DNA from: a virus
Strand: one strand, 5' to 3'
DNA length: 64,000 nt
IMG/VR virus record: IMGVR_UViG_3300035660_000001
Span: 1-64,000 of that record
Translations under genes and position numbers: made by a program
Shown: piece by piece, positions 37,083 through 47,412 of the stretch
Position numbering within the stretch: the stretch's first letter is position 1
Layout: the number at the start of each line of letters is the position of its first letter
Notes under the pieces: generated by a model
Seen by the model: only the letters and a program-made list of their open reading frames with translations
What the model was told of the DNA's origin: nothing
Databases searched by the model: none

Positions 37083-37535
37083 ATGTATGCCACGATCTTG
37101 ATTCACCGGGTGTTGGTCTACGCCTGGGGTCTGCTCGGGATAGTGATCGACATGAACTTCCGGTATCACCTGTATCTCGAGAGCCTCAAGAAGGGCGGTC
37201 AGGATCCCGCCAACGGGGACACCCTCAAGAAGTATGACGTCTGGCTGAAGGAGCATACCTTCGATCTGTGGACTGCGCTCGGGGTCTACACGGCCCTCTA
37301 CGGGATCTGGGCGGTCGGGATCCTCCCGGATATGCTCAAGCTCGTGGGATCGTTCTTCGGGTCGAGCGCCTACTGGCAACCGAAGGTGGATATGGTGGTT
37401 GGATGGTTCTCGGGGACTCCGAACTTCGCAACCATTTTCCTGGGGATGGGAGCCCTCGAGCTCTTTGAGTGGTGCGGACGTATCTGGAACACGAAAGTGA
37501 TGGGGCTGATAAACTCCCGGATGAAGAAACCATGA
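37083..37535 (+). CDS. membrane protein (possible holin)
   Basis: Several hydrophobic segments. Confidence 0.55.
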   Translation: MYATILIHRVLVYAWGLLGIVIDMNFRYHLYLESLKKGGQDPANGDTLKKYDVWLKEHTFDLWTALGVYTALYGIWAVGILPDMLKLVGSFFGSSAYWQPKVDMVVGWFSGTPNFATIFLGMGALELFEWCGRIWNTKVMGLINSRMKKP

Positions 37536-37867
37536 GCCAGTCCAACGATGCGTTCCTGAAAATGGTAGATGCAACGAAGTATGCGGTAGGTTCTGGTTAC
37601 CAACCGACCGTGAGCAGGACCGACCCGGACGACCCGCCCCGGGGAATCTCGGGCGTCCCTTCCTTGGCTCCGGTCGAGACGTCCCTGCAGGCCCTCCGTT
37701 GCCCTAACTGCGGGGCCCCACTGAACGTGAAGGGTCGGGCTCCTTATAACTGCGACTACTGCCATTGCACGATCGTCGTAGGAGGGTATGTCCCTCCCCG
37801 TCCCGCAGAGCACGTCGTTTTGCTCAAGCCAGACGAGAACCTTCCAATGGGGACCATTTTAGCGTAA
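37532..37867 (+). CDS. zinc-ribbon protein
   Basis: LRCPNCGAPL...CDYC. Confidence 0.6.
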   Translation: MSQSNDAFLKMVDATKYAVGSGYQPTVSRTDPDDPPRGISGVPSLAPVETSLQALRCPNCGAPLNVKGRAPYNCDYCHCTIVVGGYVPPRPAEHVVLLKPDENLPMGTILA

Positions 37868-37871
37868 TCCT

Positions 37872-39518
37872 ATGGCCTTTGATTTCCTAAAAAAGTGGTG
37901 GTCGGCAGAGAAGGGTAAGCAGGTCCCGACCGCTCGGGAAAAGCTTATCAAGATGTGGGACTTCCTCTCTGCCCTTGCGATGGGCGGGTATGATCTCTCG
38001 ACCATTCTCAAGATGGAGGAGGATCTCGTAGGCCGCTACATGGACTACGAGGATATGAACGACTACCCAGACCTCTCCTCTGCTCTGGACATCTATGCCG
38101 ACGAAACCAGCCAACCGAACATAATTTCCGGCGAGACGGTCTGGGTGGAGTCTGACGACGAGAACCTCGCTGGCGAGCTGAACGACATGTTCTCCAAGAT
38201 TTACTTGGATGACCACATCTGGTCGATCGCCCGGGGCGTCTGCATGTATGGGAACGAATATCACGAACTGCTCCTCAAAGAAAACGAGGGGCTTTGCGGT
38301 TTGTCCTTCCTTGCACAGCCGACGATGCGGTGTGTGATCGACCTGCGGGGCGATGTGATCGGCTTCATCCAGAACATCCGGGGGCAGTTCTCCCCCATGA
38401 CGGAGAAGGAGTTCCGGGCCAAGGTCGAAGGCAAGCAGACGATGGGGGACGGGGAGATCGTCTTTGAGGACTGGCAAGCCGTCCACTTCAAGCTCGGGGC
38501 CCGCCAACGCTGGGACGTCTACGGACGTGGCGTTCTGGATCCTGCCCGATGGATATGGAGGCGGCTGGTGCTGATGGAGGACGCCGCTCTTATCTACCGT
38601 CTTACCCGGGCGCCCGCCCGGTTCGCATTCTACATCGATGTCGGGAAGCGGTCCCCCGCCGAGGCCGAGAACTACATTCAACGCCAGATCGCCCAGTTCA
38701 GGAAGAAGAAGTTCGTGAACCCCAATACCGGGAAGCTCGACACTCGCTATAACCCTCTTGCCTCGGACGAGGACTTCTTCGTGGCTACCCGGGACGGGAA
38801 GAAGGCCACGGAGATCGAGTCCATCGGCGGCCTCGAGTGGAACAACATAGAGGATATCGAGTACTTCAAGGATAAGCTCTATGCCGCCATCAAGATACCT
38901 AAGTCGTACCTTGGCTTCGAGGAAGATGTGTCGGCGAAGAACATCCTGGCCTCGGAGGACGTCCGGTTTGCCCGCACGATCCTGCGGATCCAGCGATCGC
39001 TCCGGGAGGGCTTCAACCACATGTGCAAGATCCACCTGGCCGCCCGGGGGATCGATCCGGACAAGACCGCCGAGTTCGATTCCTACATGTCCGTCCCGTC
39101 GCTCGTGTTCGAGAAGAACTACATGGACGTGCTCTCCGTGCGGGCGAACGTCGCCTCGCAGATGAGGGAGTATGTCTCGATGGAGTGGATTCTCAAGAAC
39201 ATATTCCACTTCAGCGACGAGGAGATCAGGGACTACGCTGTGGCCAAAGGCGGAGCCACCGGCGAGATTCCCCCGGAGGAGTGGAAGAGCAAGACTCCCC
39301 CGCAGACGGAGGTCGACTTCCAGAAGCAGTCCGAGCGCATTCTCGGGGTTCACGGGACGAACCGTCAAAACCTCATGCTCGAGACCAAGATGCGCCGGGC
39401 GTTACTCGAAAACAAGGAGCTACAGCAGACCGTCAAGGTATTGAAGCCTCTCATGCTTGAGATCAGGGAAACCGTGAGGGGTTATGGTAAATACATGGCG
39501 AAGGGCGGTCGCAGATGA
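37872..39518 (+). CDS. portal protein (T4 gp20-like)
   Basis: SALDIYADE, YGRGVLDPAR..WRRLVLMEDAALIYRLTRAPAR..FYIDVG, EDFF, DIEYFKDKLY, EDVRFARTI. Confidence 0.97.
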   Translation: MAFDFLKKWWSAEKGKQVPTAREKLIKMWDFLSALAMGGYDLSTILKMEEDLVGRYMDYEDMNDYPDLSSALDIYADETSQPNIISGETVWVESDDENLAGELNDMFSKIYLDDHIWSIARGVCMYGNEYHELLLKENEGLCGLSFLAQPTMRCVIDLRGDVIGFIQNIRGQFSPMTEKEFRAKVEGKQTMGDGEIVFEDWQAVHFKLGARQRWDVYGRGVLDPARWIWRRLVLMEDAALIYRLTRAPARFAFYIDVGKRSPAEAENYIQRQIAQFRKKKFVNPNTGKLDTRYNPLASDEDFFVATRDGKKATEIESIGGLEWNNIEDIEYFKDKLYAAIKIPKSYLGFEEDVSAKNILASEDVRFARTILRIQRSLREGFNHMCKIHLAARGIDPDKTAEFDSYMSVPSLVFEKNYMDVLSVRANVASQMREYVSMEWILKNIFHFSDEEIRDYAVAKGGATGEIPPEEWKSKTPPQTEVDFQKQSERILGVHGTNRQNLMLETKMRRALLENKELQQTVKVLKPLMLEIRETVRGYGKYMAKGGRR

Positions 39519-39684
39519 CGTTCCGGTAAACATTTTCCCGAGCCCTCTTGATTTCGGTAAGTGGTTTTGTGGTAAGATAGTTAAGTAACTCGATTCACCA
39601 ACCGTCGATTCTAGCGCGAAAGTCCATGATGGATTATTATCCTGGGCTGTCTTTTTGTGAGAAAAACGGAGGTCGGAGTCATCG

Positions 39685-40551
39685 ATGAAAATTTTACGGT
39701 TCACAGGTTCGGCGAACGAGTATCAGTCTGCTCTCATGGCTAGCATCGGGGGGTCGATCGAAGAGTTCATCGAGAACGTCGGTCTGGCCGTCGAGCGGGC
39801 GGGGTATCAGGATCCCGCCCTGGTGGCTACGACCACGAAGGACGTGATCTTCTCGAGCGGCGATCTGTGCTACAAGGCGGTGCTCCTGTGGAATGACTCC
39901 GGCAGACCAACGCTCGGGGATGTGAAGCCGCTCTCGGAGGAAACGAAGAAACTCGGGGAGGAAGTGAAGCTCGTGAAGGACAACGTCGAGGTGGTTACCC
40001 GGATCATGAGCTCGATCAAGTCGAGCGCCCCCTGGACGCAGTATTATCAGACCAACGAGAGTCGGATTCGCGACTATCTCCGGGACGACCTTCTGGACCT
40101 CGACAGCAATCGCCTGCGTCCGAAGTATCAGGCGATCTGCGATGAGGGGATCCCGGAGGTCTATGCTTCCTGGTGGGGCAAGCAGATCCGGGGCAGTCTG
40201 AGCTCTGCAGTGAAGCGGCTGAAGGACCTCTACGACGGGGTGGCCGGGCTGACGGCGGAGTTCGAGGAGAACTACTCGATCAAGCCGTTCATGAGCGTGG
40301 AGCGGGACACGGTGATTCAAGCGGTGACGAAGTTTGGGCATGACTATCTGAATAACGTAGAGGAGGTGATCGAAAGCTTCGACGAGTTGGGCTTGGATGA
40401 TGAAGGGGACAATCAACAGGTCTCCTCAAAGGCGATTGGCAAACTTCACGATGAGTTTGTTAATTGGCTCTACTCCGCAGAGGTAGTAGGGCGTTTGATC
40501 AGTAAGTTAGTTAAGAAACCGATATCCGTCGACATCAGGTTTCTGCGGTAA
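39685..40551 (+). CDS. hypothetical protein (head assembly region)
   Basis: GGAGG SD; lies between portal and protease. Confidence 0.7.
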   Translation: MKILRFTGSANEYQSALMASIGGSIEEFIENVGLAVERAGYQDPALVATTTKDVIFSSGDLCYKAVLLWNDSGRPTLGDVKPLSEETKKLGEEVKLVKDNVEVVTRIMSSIKSSAPWTQYYQTNESRIRDYLRDDLLDLDSNRLRPKYQAICDEGIPEVYASWWGKQIRGSLSSAVKRLKDLYDGVAGLTAEFEENYSIKPFMSVERDTVIQAVTKFGHDYLNNVEEVIESFDELGLDDEGDNQQVSSKAIGKLHDEFVNWLYSAEVVGRLISKLVKKPISVDIRFLR

Positions 40552-40578
40552 CCGTTTAACACGATAGGAGGACAAGCA

Positions 40579-41301
40579 ATGCCTTACAAGACGGGAAGAC
40601 TCTCCACGCTCGAGGAGGACTTGAAAGTTCTCGGGCTGGGTAAACTGCTGGTCGCAGAGGACCGGCAGGAAGAGCCCGGCATCGATCCGCCGAAGCCGGG
40701 GGAAGAGCACGACGATCCCCCGAAAGGGCGGACGGAGATCGAGCAGAGCCCGGCGCTGAATAACGCCGCCGAGCGGAAGGCCTGGCTGGCCAGCGACTTC
40801 GGTCGTGCGGCCTGTGCCCGGGCGGCCAAGCGGCTGGAGCTGGGGTCCAGCGAACAGCGCGAGACGATGTGGCGTCTCGAGGCGGCAAGGGTGCGCCTCG
40901 GTCGTCGCCTCGAAGGCGCGTCCGTGAAGGACAAGCCCGAAGACGTCATCGTCAACGTCAAGAAGATGATCGGCGTCCTGTCCAGCAAGTTCCGCATCCT
41001 GTCGGAGGAGGGGGTCATCGACAAGAAGGACGCGACGATGGCCACCGACGATCTCGACACGGCGGACAAGGAACTCACCAAGCAGGCGGCCGCTCAGAAG
41101 CCCGAGGAAGAGGAGATCAAGTCCTCGACCCAGGACGTGCTGGCCGTGATGGATCGGTTCCTGCAGGTGGCCCAGGAGGTCGACCAAGCGCTCGGCCCGG
41201 GGCCCCAGGCGGGGACCAGCAAGAAGCTCCACGACACCGACGATCCGGACAACCCGACCCTGGTCGACAAGAAGCCCAATCCGGAAGACATCCCGGTCTA
41301 A
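40579..41301 (+). CDS. acidic hypothetical protein (possible prohead core protein)
   Basis: AGGAGG SD; directly upstream of the protease. Confidence 0.7.
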   Translation: MPYKTGRLSTLEEDLKVLGLGKLLVAEDRQEEPGIDPPKPGEEHDDPPKGRTEIEQSPALNNAAERKAWLASDFGRAACARAAKRLELGSSEQRETMWRLEAARVRLGRRLEGASVKDKPEDVIVNVKKMIGVLSSKFRILSEEGVIDKKDATMATDDLDTADKELTKQAAAQKPEEEEIKSSTQDVLAVMDRFLQVAQEVDQALGPGPQAGTSKKLHDTDDPDNPTLVDKKPNPEDIPV

Positions 41302-41336
41302 GCCGGGAGTAACCCGGTCTTAGGGAGAGGCTCGAC

Positions 41337-42860
41337 ATGGAGAAGTTACTCTTAACCACAGTCTACGACGCCCCAGGCTTGCAGTTAGTTGAGCAGGATG
41401 CGCCTGGCGGTGGGGCTCGCAAGGTGATCATGCGAGGGGAGTTCGCTTTGGCGGACAATCCAAACAAGAACAACCGAGTGTACCCCCATGCGCTCTGGGA
41501 GCGTGAGATCTCGAGACTAAGACCGTTGATGAAAGATCGGAAGCTCTTCGGATGCCTGGACCACCCCGCCGATGGCCGGACCCGCCTGAACGAGGTCTCG
41601 CACATCATTACGGACCTCCGCTGTGACGGCGGCAAGGTCATCGGAGAGGCCGAAGTCCTGGATACCGAGCGAGGGAACAACCTCCGGAGCATCCTTAAGT
41701 CGGGTGCGAAGGTGGGGATCTCGAGCCGTGGATTCGGGTCGTTGGCCCAAGAGGGTGACACATTTAACGTGAACGACGATTTCAGGCTCCTGACATTCGA
41801 TGCAGTATCCGAGCCCGCTGATTCTACCTGGCCAGAAGAGATCATCTTTAACGAGGAGATGTTGATGGGAAATGACGAACTTCGGAAAAAGCTGGTCGAG
41901 GAGATTACGGGCAAGATGAAAGAGATGCTCCACGAGGAAGTCGCGGCAAGCGTTAAGCTTAATCAAGTCGCACCTCTTGGCGATCCGGTCGTGTCGGAAG
42001 CGGAGAAGGACAAGGCCGTTGCTTCGTTGAAGGCAGAGATCGAACGGGTCACCAAGCTCGCTAACACCTACCGCTCCGAGTACAAGAACCTGGGCTTCAA
42101 GCTCTTCCTGAATCAGCAATATGGCCGGAGTCCGAAGGCTGGGGCTCTCATGGCCGCCCTGGGTGACCTGGGGAGATTCTCGGATATCAACGAGCTGACC
42201 AAGACCGCCCAGCAGGTCGCCGAAGCGATGGGGATCGAGAAGACGGACGAGGTGGACGAGAAGGACAAGACGGATGCCGCCGAGACCAAGAAAAAGCTGG
42301 AGGTCGAGCTCACGGGCAAGAACGCCGAGTTAGAGCAGGCCAAAGGCGTGATCGCCAAGGCCCAAGAACAGCTCGAGGTCATCAAGCGGGGTGTGGGGGA
42401 GGCCGACGAGAAGGAAGCCGAACTTACGTCCGAGGTGTCCCGGCTGACGAGGGAACTGAAGGTCGCTCGTGGGGATGTGGAAATTCTCAGGAACCAGGTG
42501 GCCGTCGAGAAGGAGAGTGCCACGTCTGCGCTGGGACGTGCCAAGAAGGCGCAGTTAATGTTGGAAGCTGAGAAGCAGATCTCTCATCGGTCTGACGTAA
42601 TCAACCTTCGAAACAAGCTGGGGATGCTCGTCGAGTCTGGCGACGTCTCCACGAACGTGCAGTTGCGGGAGTGGGTCAACCGTTCCCCGGACACCCCCGG
42701 ACCCCTTCTCTCGAGGGTCCAGCAAGGCATGCGGAGAGGGGTCACGTTGCTGAACGAGGACGTCGTTCTCGAGACTCGCGGTACGGGTCGAGGGACGGCG
42801 ATCGAACAGCTTACGGGGATGTCGATGGAGAGGCTCGCCCAGTTATCGGGCGAAGATTAG
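41337..42860 (+). CDS. prohead protease (T4 gp21-like) fused to a coiled-coil scaffold
   Basis: NKNNRVYP, GCLDHP, VSHII, VGISSRGFGS, FDAVSEP; long helical C-terminal half. Confidence 0.93.
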   Translation: MEKLLLTTVYDAPGLQLVEQDAPGGGARKVIMRGEFALADNPNKNNRVYPHALWEREISRLRPLMKDRKLFGCLDHPADGRTRLNEVSHIITDLRCDGGKVIGEAEVLDTERGNNLRSILKSGAKVGISSRGFGSLAQEGDTFNVNDDFRLLTFDAVSEPADSTWPEEIIFNEEMLMGNDELRKKLVEEITGKMKEMLHEEVAASVKLNQVAPLGDPVVSEAEKDKAVASLKAEIERVTKLANTYRSEYKNLGFKLFLNQQYGRSPKAGALMAALGDLGRFSDINELTKTAQQVAEAMGIEKTDEVDEKDKTDAAETKKKLEVELTGKNAELEQAKGVIAKAQEQLEVIKRGVGEADEKEAELTSEVSRLTRELKVARGDVEILRNQVAVEKESATSALGRAKKAQLMLEAEKQISHRSDVINLRNKLGMLVESGDVSTNVQLREWVNRSPDTPGPLLSRVQQGMRRGVTLLNEDVVLETRGTGRGTAIEQLTGMSMERLAQLSGED

Positions 42861-42916
42861 GTCGGCTATCTCGGATAGCTGATTGTCTTTACACTAAGCA
42901 CATAAGGAGTTAGAGC

Positions 42917-44362
42917 ATGGAACAGTTTCTGACAGCCTGGAAGACTCCCGAGGCCCAGGCCCTGATGAGCAAGTGGAACCGTCTCACGAAGTCGATCGTG
43001 GAGCCGTACCGGAAGTTCTGCGTTTCCCGGCTCCTCGAGAACGAGATGGACCACCTGATCTATCTGGCCAGCGCCGGGAGCACGACAACCGGAGATGCGG
43101 GCTACTACACCAAGCACGTGTTCCCGGTGGTTCGGAGGGTCTGGCCGTTCCTGATCTCCAACGAGATCGTTTCGGTCCAGCCTATGAACGCCCCTGTGGG
43201 TGCCGTGTCCTACTTCAAGGTCAAGTATGGGACCGAGAAGGGACAGACCACGAAGGGCACGGAGATGATCGCGAACTTCGACATGTATTACTCGTCGGAG
43301 ACCGTGAGCGGAGAGGCAGTCGGAGCGTCGACCGCAGGGTCGGGGGCCGACAAGCTTTTCACCGGATCGCTGAACTTCTCCCCCGTGAAGAAGGCGACGG
43401 ATGCCGGGGCCGCCGCTCCGATCATCACCGTCGTGACCAACGAGACGTCCCCCCGGACGATCAAGTATACCGACCCGAACGGGTCGGGTACGCTGATCGG
43501 TGACACCGCCGGGGCATCGGGGTCGATCAATTACACCAACGGCTACCTCTTCGTGACGATCCCGACCCTGGAATCGCTGAAGGTGGGCGTGGTGACCGCG
43601 ACCTACGAATACAACAGCGAGCTCAACACGGCTGTCCCGGAAGTGGACGTGGCCGTGGAGATCGCCGAGGTTCGTGCGCGGAGCCGCAAGCTCAAGGCCG
43701 TCTGGTCGACCGAGTCCGCAGAAGACCTGCGGGCGTTGCACGGCATCGATGTGGAGTCGGAGCTCGTGGCCGGGGTTTCCAGCCAGATCGGCTTGGAAGT
43801 CGACCGCGAGATCATCAACGACATCTACACCCACGTCGATGCGGTCGTGAAGTATGCCTGGGATCGCACCGTGCCGTCCGGCATCTCCGACATCGACCAC
43901 ATCCGTTCGATCCTAACCGTCCTCTCGACGGCGTCGAATGCGGTCCACAAGCGGACGCTCCGTTCGCCCGCGAACTGGATCGTGACCTCGCCCGACGTGG
44001 CGGCTCTGTTCGATCAGTTCGCGACGCACCAGCTGTTCCGGCCAGCGGTGGGTTCCGTTCCCGAGACCGGGGTGCCCGTGACCCCGCCTCGGAGACCCGG
44101 GATCTACTTCGCCGGGACTCTGCAGTCCAAGTGGGCGGTCTACGTCGACCCCTACTTCACCTCGACGAAGATCCTGATGGGCCTGAAGGGGGATTACTGG
44201 ATGGATGCGGGCTACGTTTACGCCCCGTATATCCCGATCCAGATGACCCCGACGTTCATGGACCCGTCGGACTTCGGGTTGAAGAAGGGCCTGCGTACCC
44301 GGTACGCCACGAAGCTGATCTACACCGAGTACTACGCCCTGGTGACCGTCCTCAACCTGTAA
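42917..44362 (+). CDS. major capsid protein (T4 gp23-like)
   Basis: PVVRRV..NEIVSVQPMNAPVG, ARSRKLKAVWS.E..EDLRALHGIDVESEL, DAGYVYAPYIP, KGLRTRYA. Confidence 0.97.
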   Translation: MEQFLTAWKTPEAQALMSKWNRLTKSIVEPYRKFCVSRLLENEMDHLIYLASAGSTTTGDAGYYTKHVFPVVRRVWPFLISNEIVSVQPMNAPVGAVSYFKVKYGTEKGQTTKGTEMIANFDMYYSSETVSGEAVGASTAGSGADKLFTGSLNFSPVKKATDAGAAAPIITVVTNETSPRTIKYTDPNGSGTLIGDTAGASGSINYTNGYLFVTIPTLESLKVGVVTATYEYNSELNTAVPEVDVAVEIAEVRARSRKLKAVWSTESAEDLRALHGIDVESELVAGVSSQIGLEVDREIINDIYTHVDAVVKYAWDRTVPSGISDIDHIRSILTVLSTASNAVHKRTLRSPANWIVTSPDVAALFDQFATHQLFRPAVGSVPETGVPVTPPRRPGIYFAGTLQSKWAVYVDPYFTSTKILMGLKGDYWMDAGYVYAPYIPIQMTPTFMDPSDFGLKKGLRTRYATKLIYTEYYALVTVLNL

Positions 44363-44395
44363 TCACGAGGGACTAGAGAGAACTCTAAAAGGAAC

Positions 44396-44510
44396 CTGGC
44401 GGGGCCGTCCAAAGCTCTGCGATAAGAAGGGGCCTGTAACACGGCCCCGCCAGTCTAAGAAAATCATCATCATGCTTCCCCAGAGACCTGCCGAAAACAG
44501 GGCTTGGGGA
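44396..44510 (+). promoter_or_regulatory. structured intergenic element after the capsid gene
   Basis: Perfect 13-bp stem 44396-44408/44441-44453 plus a second hairpin at about 44477-44510. Confidence 0.5.
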
Positions 44511-44533
44511 TTCTTGTCTTTATAGGAGGGCTC

Positions 44534-44941
44534 ATGAGTAAGGTTCTGATGAATGCGATATCGGAACTCGAGGGTTTTCTGAACGCCAGACCGCCCGTGA
44601 CGTCCCAGCGGGGATCGGGATTCGATCAGGAAATGTCGGATCTCGTCGCGAAGCTCGCCACAGAGATGGCGATCAAAATAGAAGCCGAGAAGGGCGACTT
44701 CTATACGATGCTTATGGAGGCGATCGGGGAGCGGTGGGAAGGAGCCATGAAGAAGGCCGGGCTCAGAGACGATGTCGATATCCTGGCGATCACGGAGAAC
44801 ATAGTCGATTGGCAGGCCGAGCATACTCAGGGAGGCATGGAGGCCGCGCTCTATGGTGTCCTCGACCGGCTCATCTCGGCTTGCAAGGCTACCGCACAGA
44901 ATCCCGTCTCGATGGCGAAGCGGGCGGGCGTCACTTTATAA
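44534..44941 (+). CDS. putative internal head (cargo) protein
   Basis: Leader MSKVLMNAISELEGFLNAR. Confidence 0.7.
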   Translation: MSKVLMNAISELEGFLNARPPVTSQRGSGFDQEMSDLVAKLATEMAIKIEAEKGDFYTMLMEAIGERWEGAMKKAGLRDDVDILAITENIVDWQAEHTQGGMEAALYGVLDRLISACKATAQNPVSMAKRAGVTL

Positions 44942-44950
44942 GGAGGCTCT

Positions 44951-45379
44951 ATGGACTATCTTTTGAACGTCATTAACTCCTGCCTCGTATCCCTGTCCGG
45001 AGAACCCAAGAGGGTCCGTCTCTCGAGTGCCACAAGCCTCAAGGACGTCTACGGGATGGGGCGGGGCGATCTCAAGCGGACGAAGGAGGTCTACGAGTGG
45101 CGCGACTCGACGTGGTATTCCATCGATGAAGCCGCTCGGCGTTTTGAACAAGCTGGGATCACAGAATACAACGAGTTCACCCCGAACAGCATCCGAGCCC
45201 TGAAGCGGATCGACCCACAGCTCGAGGTCCAGCTTGCCCGGGAGGGATCGCCGTGCGTTTACGTCAGGAAAGATGGGGCAGACCTCGAAGCGATTTCCGA
45301 GATGATCGAGGACTCCAAGAAGGTCGGGGCCGACGAGGTTCACGTTCGGAACAACGAGATCCGCCTCTGGTGGGACTGA
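44951..45379 (+). CDS. putative internal head (cargo) protein
   Basis: Leader MDYLLNVINSCLVSL...LSSA. Confidence 0.7.
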   Translation: MDYLLNVINSCLVSLSGEPKRVRLSSATSLKDVYGMGRGDLKRTKEVYEWRDSTWYSIDEAARRFEQAGITEYNEFTPNSIRALKRIDPQLEVQLAREGSPCVYVRKDGADLEAISEMIEDSKKVGADEVHVRNNEIRLWWD

Positions 45380-45380
45380 C

Positions 45381-45743
45381 ATGAAGAACCTTCTCGAGTC
45401 TCTGCGGAGCCTTGCGAGATCCCTTACGTCGGGGAAGCAGATTCTAACTTCCGGCCTCGAGAAGCACCTTACGGAGATTCTCGATGACGCCGGAATCGAA
45501 CGGAGCAGGTACGACTTCGATTGGTCGGATATCCCTGGGATAACGGTTTCCACCCCGAAGGATGCCGACGCCCTCATGAAGGTTATCGATGCCTCCAGGG
45601 AGATCGGGCCGACGAGGTGGAACCGGAGGAAAAAGAAAATTGAGCTGGGAACCCATGAGTCGCTCTTTAAGTCGACGACGGATGCCAAGACGATGACCTT
45701 CGACGAGTACGTGAAGAAGTTCAAGAACTTCGAGGTCGACTAA
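45381..45743 (+). CDS. putative internal head (cargo) protein
   Basis: Leader MKNLLESLRSLARSLTSG. Confidence 0.7.
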   Translation: MKNLLESLRSLARSLTSGKQILTSGLEKHLTEILDDAGIERSRYDFDWSDIPGITVSTPKDADALMKVIDASREIGPTRWNRRKKKIELGTHESLFKSTTDAKTMTFDEYVKKFKNFEVD

Positions 45744-46010
45744 GTGGACCTGCTTCTGTCCTCCGTTGATCGCCTGGGAAGGCTTCTAATCAACCAGGAG
45801 ATATCGCAGGCGATCGCCCAGCAGGTGCTTGAGGATATCGCCCCGGACTTCGACGTCGATCCGGAGCAGTTCCGGATGGGGCTTGCGGACGAGCTTGAAC
45901 ACTACGACGTCACCGGCGGGGATCTCGTGACCACGGGGCAGATCGCCCTGGCGCACCTCAAGGAGCATCCCGACTACTACACCAGGCTCAAGCAAGCGGG
46001 ACTGGATTGA
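45744..46010 (+). CDS. DUF5661-like domain protein with cargo leader
   Basis: MDLLLSSVDRL; FRMGLADELEH..GQIALAHLKEHPDYYTRL. Confidence 0.75.
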   Translation: MDLLLSSVDRLGRLLINQEISQAIAQQVLEDIAPDFDVDPEQFRMGLADELEHYDVTGGDLVTTGQIALAHLKEHPDYYTRLKQAGLD

Positions 46011-46327
46011 ATTGTCTCCTCGTATGCACACGGAGGGTCTGTTCAGCGGTCGATCTGGCTCCGGCGAAGGCAGTCAAGGCCGTGGCCTTCGAGATAGACG
46101 GTCGGGTCTACGAGGGAAGGCCGGGAGAGACACACGCCCGGCTGTTAGCCCGGCTTCCCGCCAGCGTGGTGGATCGGTACTACGATCTGATGGAGGATCC
46201 CGATGAGGCGGGTTTCGTCGACGGGTTCGTCATGAAGAACGGGGAGTTCCTTACCCGAGGGGACGTGATGGTGAGAACGGGCAAGCCTGGGGAGTCAACC
46301 GCTCTCGGAGTGTCTCCCCGGCGATGA
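46007..46327 (+). CDS. putative internal head (cargo) protein
   Basis: Degenerate leader MNCLLVCTRRV; GRVYEG..TH..GFV..GEFLTR. Confidence 0.65.
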   Translation: MNCLLVCTRRVCSAVDLAPAKAVKAVAFEIDGRVYEGRPGETHARLLARLPASVVDRYYDLMEDPDEAGFVDGFVMKNGEFLTRGDVMVRTGKPGESTALGVSPRR

Positions 46328-46791
46328 ACGGCCTCCTCCTGTTGGTCGGACAGATCGGGGATGAGCTCCGGTTTCAGGCCCGGACTGTGAAGCGTTCAGA
46401 AGACGAGCCGGACAAGAGGGTTGCTGGATGGCCCAATGCCGCCCGGGTCCCGTCGAGGGTGGAGTCCAAGAGCGAGTTTGAAGAAATCCTCGAGATGCTT
46501 CAGGAGCTCGGGAAGTCCGGGGAGTTCGAATTTACGTCACGCTATGGAGACCTGGACGATATCCCGAGGACGATAGAATCCCTGAAGCTTCAAGGCCGTG
46601 CGAATCCAGCGAGAGTCGACAAGACCGCCCAGGACATCATCCAGCAATACAAGGCCTATGGTTTCCCGACCGACTTCTATGGAATTCAGGACATGCTCCG
46701 CGACGCCGACTGGCCGGACGATGCGATCGTCCACGTGTGGGAGCGGGTGCGGGAGCTCGGCAAGAAACAGGGCATTCACTTTGTGGAGTGA
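46324..46791 (+). CDS. putative internal head (cargo) protein
   Basis: Leader MNGLLLLVGQIGDELRFQAR. Confidence 0.7.
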   Translation: MNGLLLLVGQIGDELRFQARTVKRSEDEPDKRVAGWPNAARVPSRVESKSEFEEILEMLQELGKSGEFEFTSRYGDLDDIPRTIESLKLQGRANPARVDKTAQDIIQQYKAYGFPTDFYGIQDMLRDADWPDDAIVHVWERVRELGKKQGIHFVE

Positions 46792-46797
46792 GGAATT

Positions 46798-47184
46798 ATG
46801 AAAGACCTGCTCGGTTTGGTCAATGCCGCAATGCCATCTCTGGCTCCGATGTCTCCGGCCTCCCCGACGAAGGACGTGCCGGACGACGAGTCCCGGAGGC
46901 GGATGGAGAAGAGGGACAATGAGAAGAAGGATGCCGTCCGGTCGGGGCATCTAACCTCGTCCTTCACTTATGCGAAACCGGAAAGGCATTATGATGTCGA
47001 AGATCTCCGAGGAAATACGTCCGGCTACATCGGCGGGGCGAACGTAGCCCGGAAGGCCTCGGACGATGAGCTTATCCTGATCGCCCAGCTCAAGGACGAG
47101 GCCGCAGGCTTCGCTAACCATGCGAAGGAGTTCTCGGATCGGGCCGAGTCGATCATGAGAGACATCGAAAGAAGGAAGGGATGA
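46798..47184 (+). CDS. putative internal head (cargo) protein
   Basis: Leader MKDLLGLVNAA. Confidence 0.7.
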   Translation: MKDLLGLVNAAMPSLAPMSPASPTKDVPDDESRRRMEKRDNEKKDAVRSGHLTSSFTYAKPERHYDVEDLRGNTSGYIGGANVARKASDDELILIAQLKDEAAGFANHAKEFSDRAESIMRDIERRKG

Positions 47185-47411
47185 AAAACCTACTGAGTGC
47201 AGTCGAAGCCCTGCAGTCCAAGGTGGACGAAGCTGATTTTTTAAGAAAGGCGCAGGATGCCTTCGACAATACCGAAGCGGCGGCGGGCGGGCTCATTGGC
47301 CTTCAGGACCATTTCAAGAGGGACAGTAGCGTGAAGAGGGAGCTGGAGAGGGACGTCGAAGAACTCGATCGGATCGCCAAGTTCATTACCAAAATCGCGG
47401 GGGTGAATTGA
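47181..47411 (+). CDS. putative internal head (cargo) protein
   Basis: Leader MKNLLSAVEALQS. Confidence 0.7.
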   Translation: MKNLLSAVEALQSKVDEADFLRKAQDAFDNTEAAAGGLIGLQDHFKRDSSVKRELERDVEELDRIAKFITKIAGVN

Positions 47412-47412
47412 G

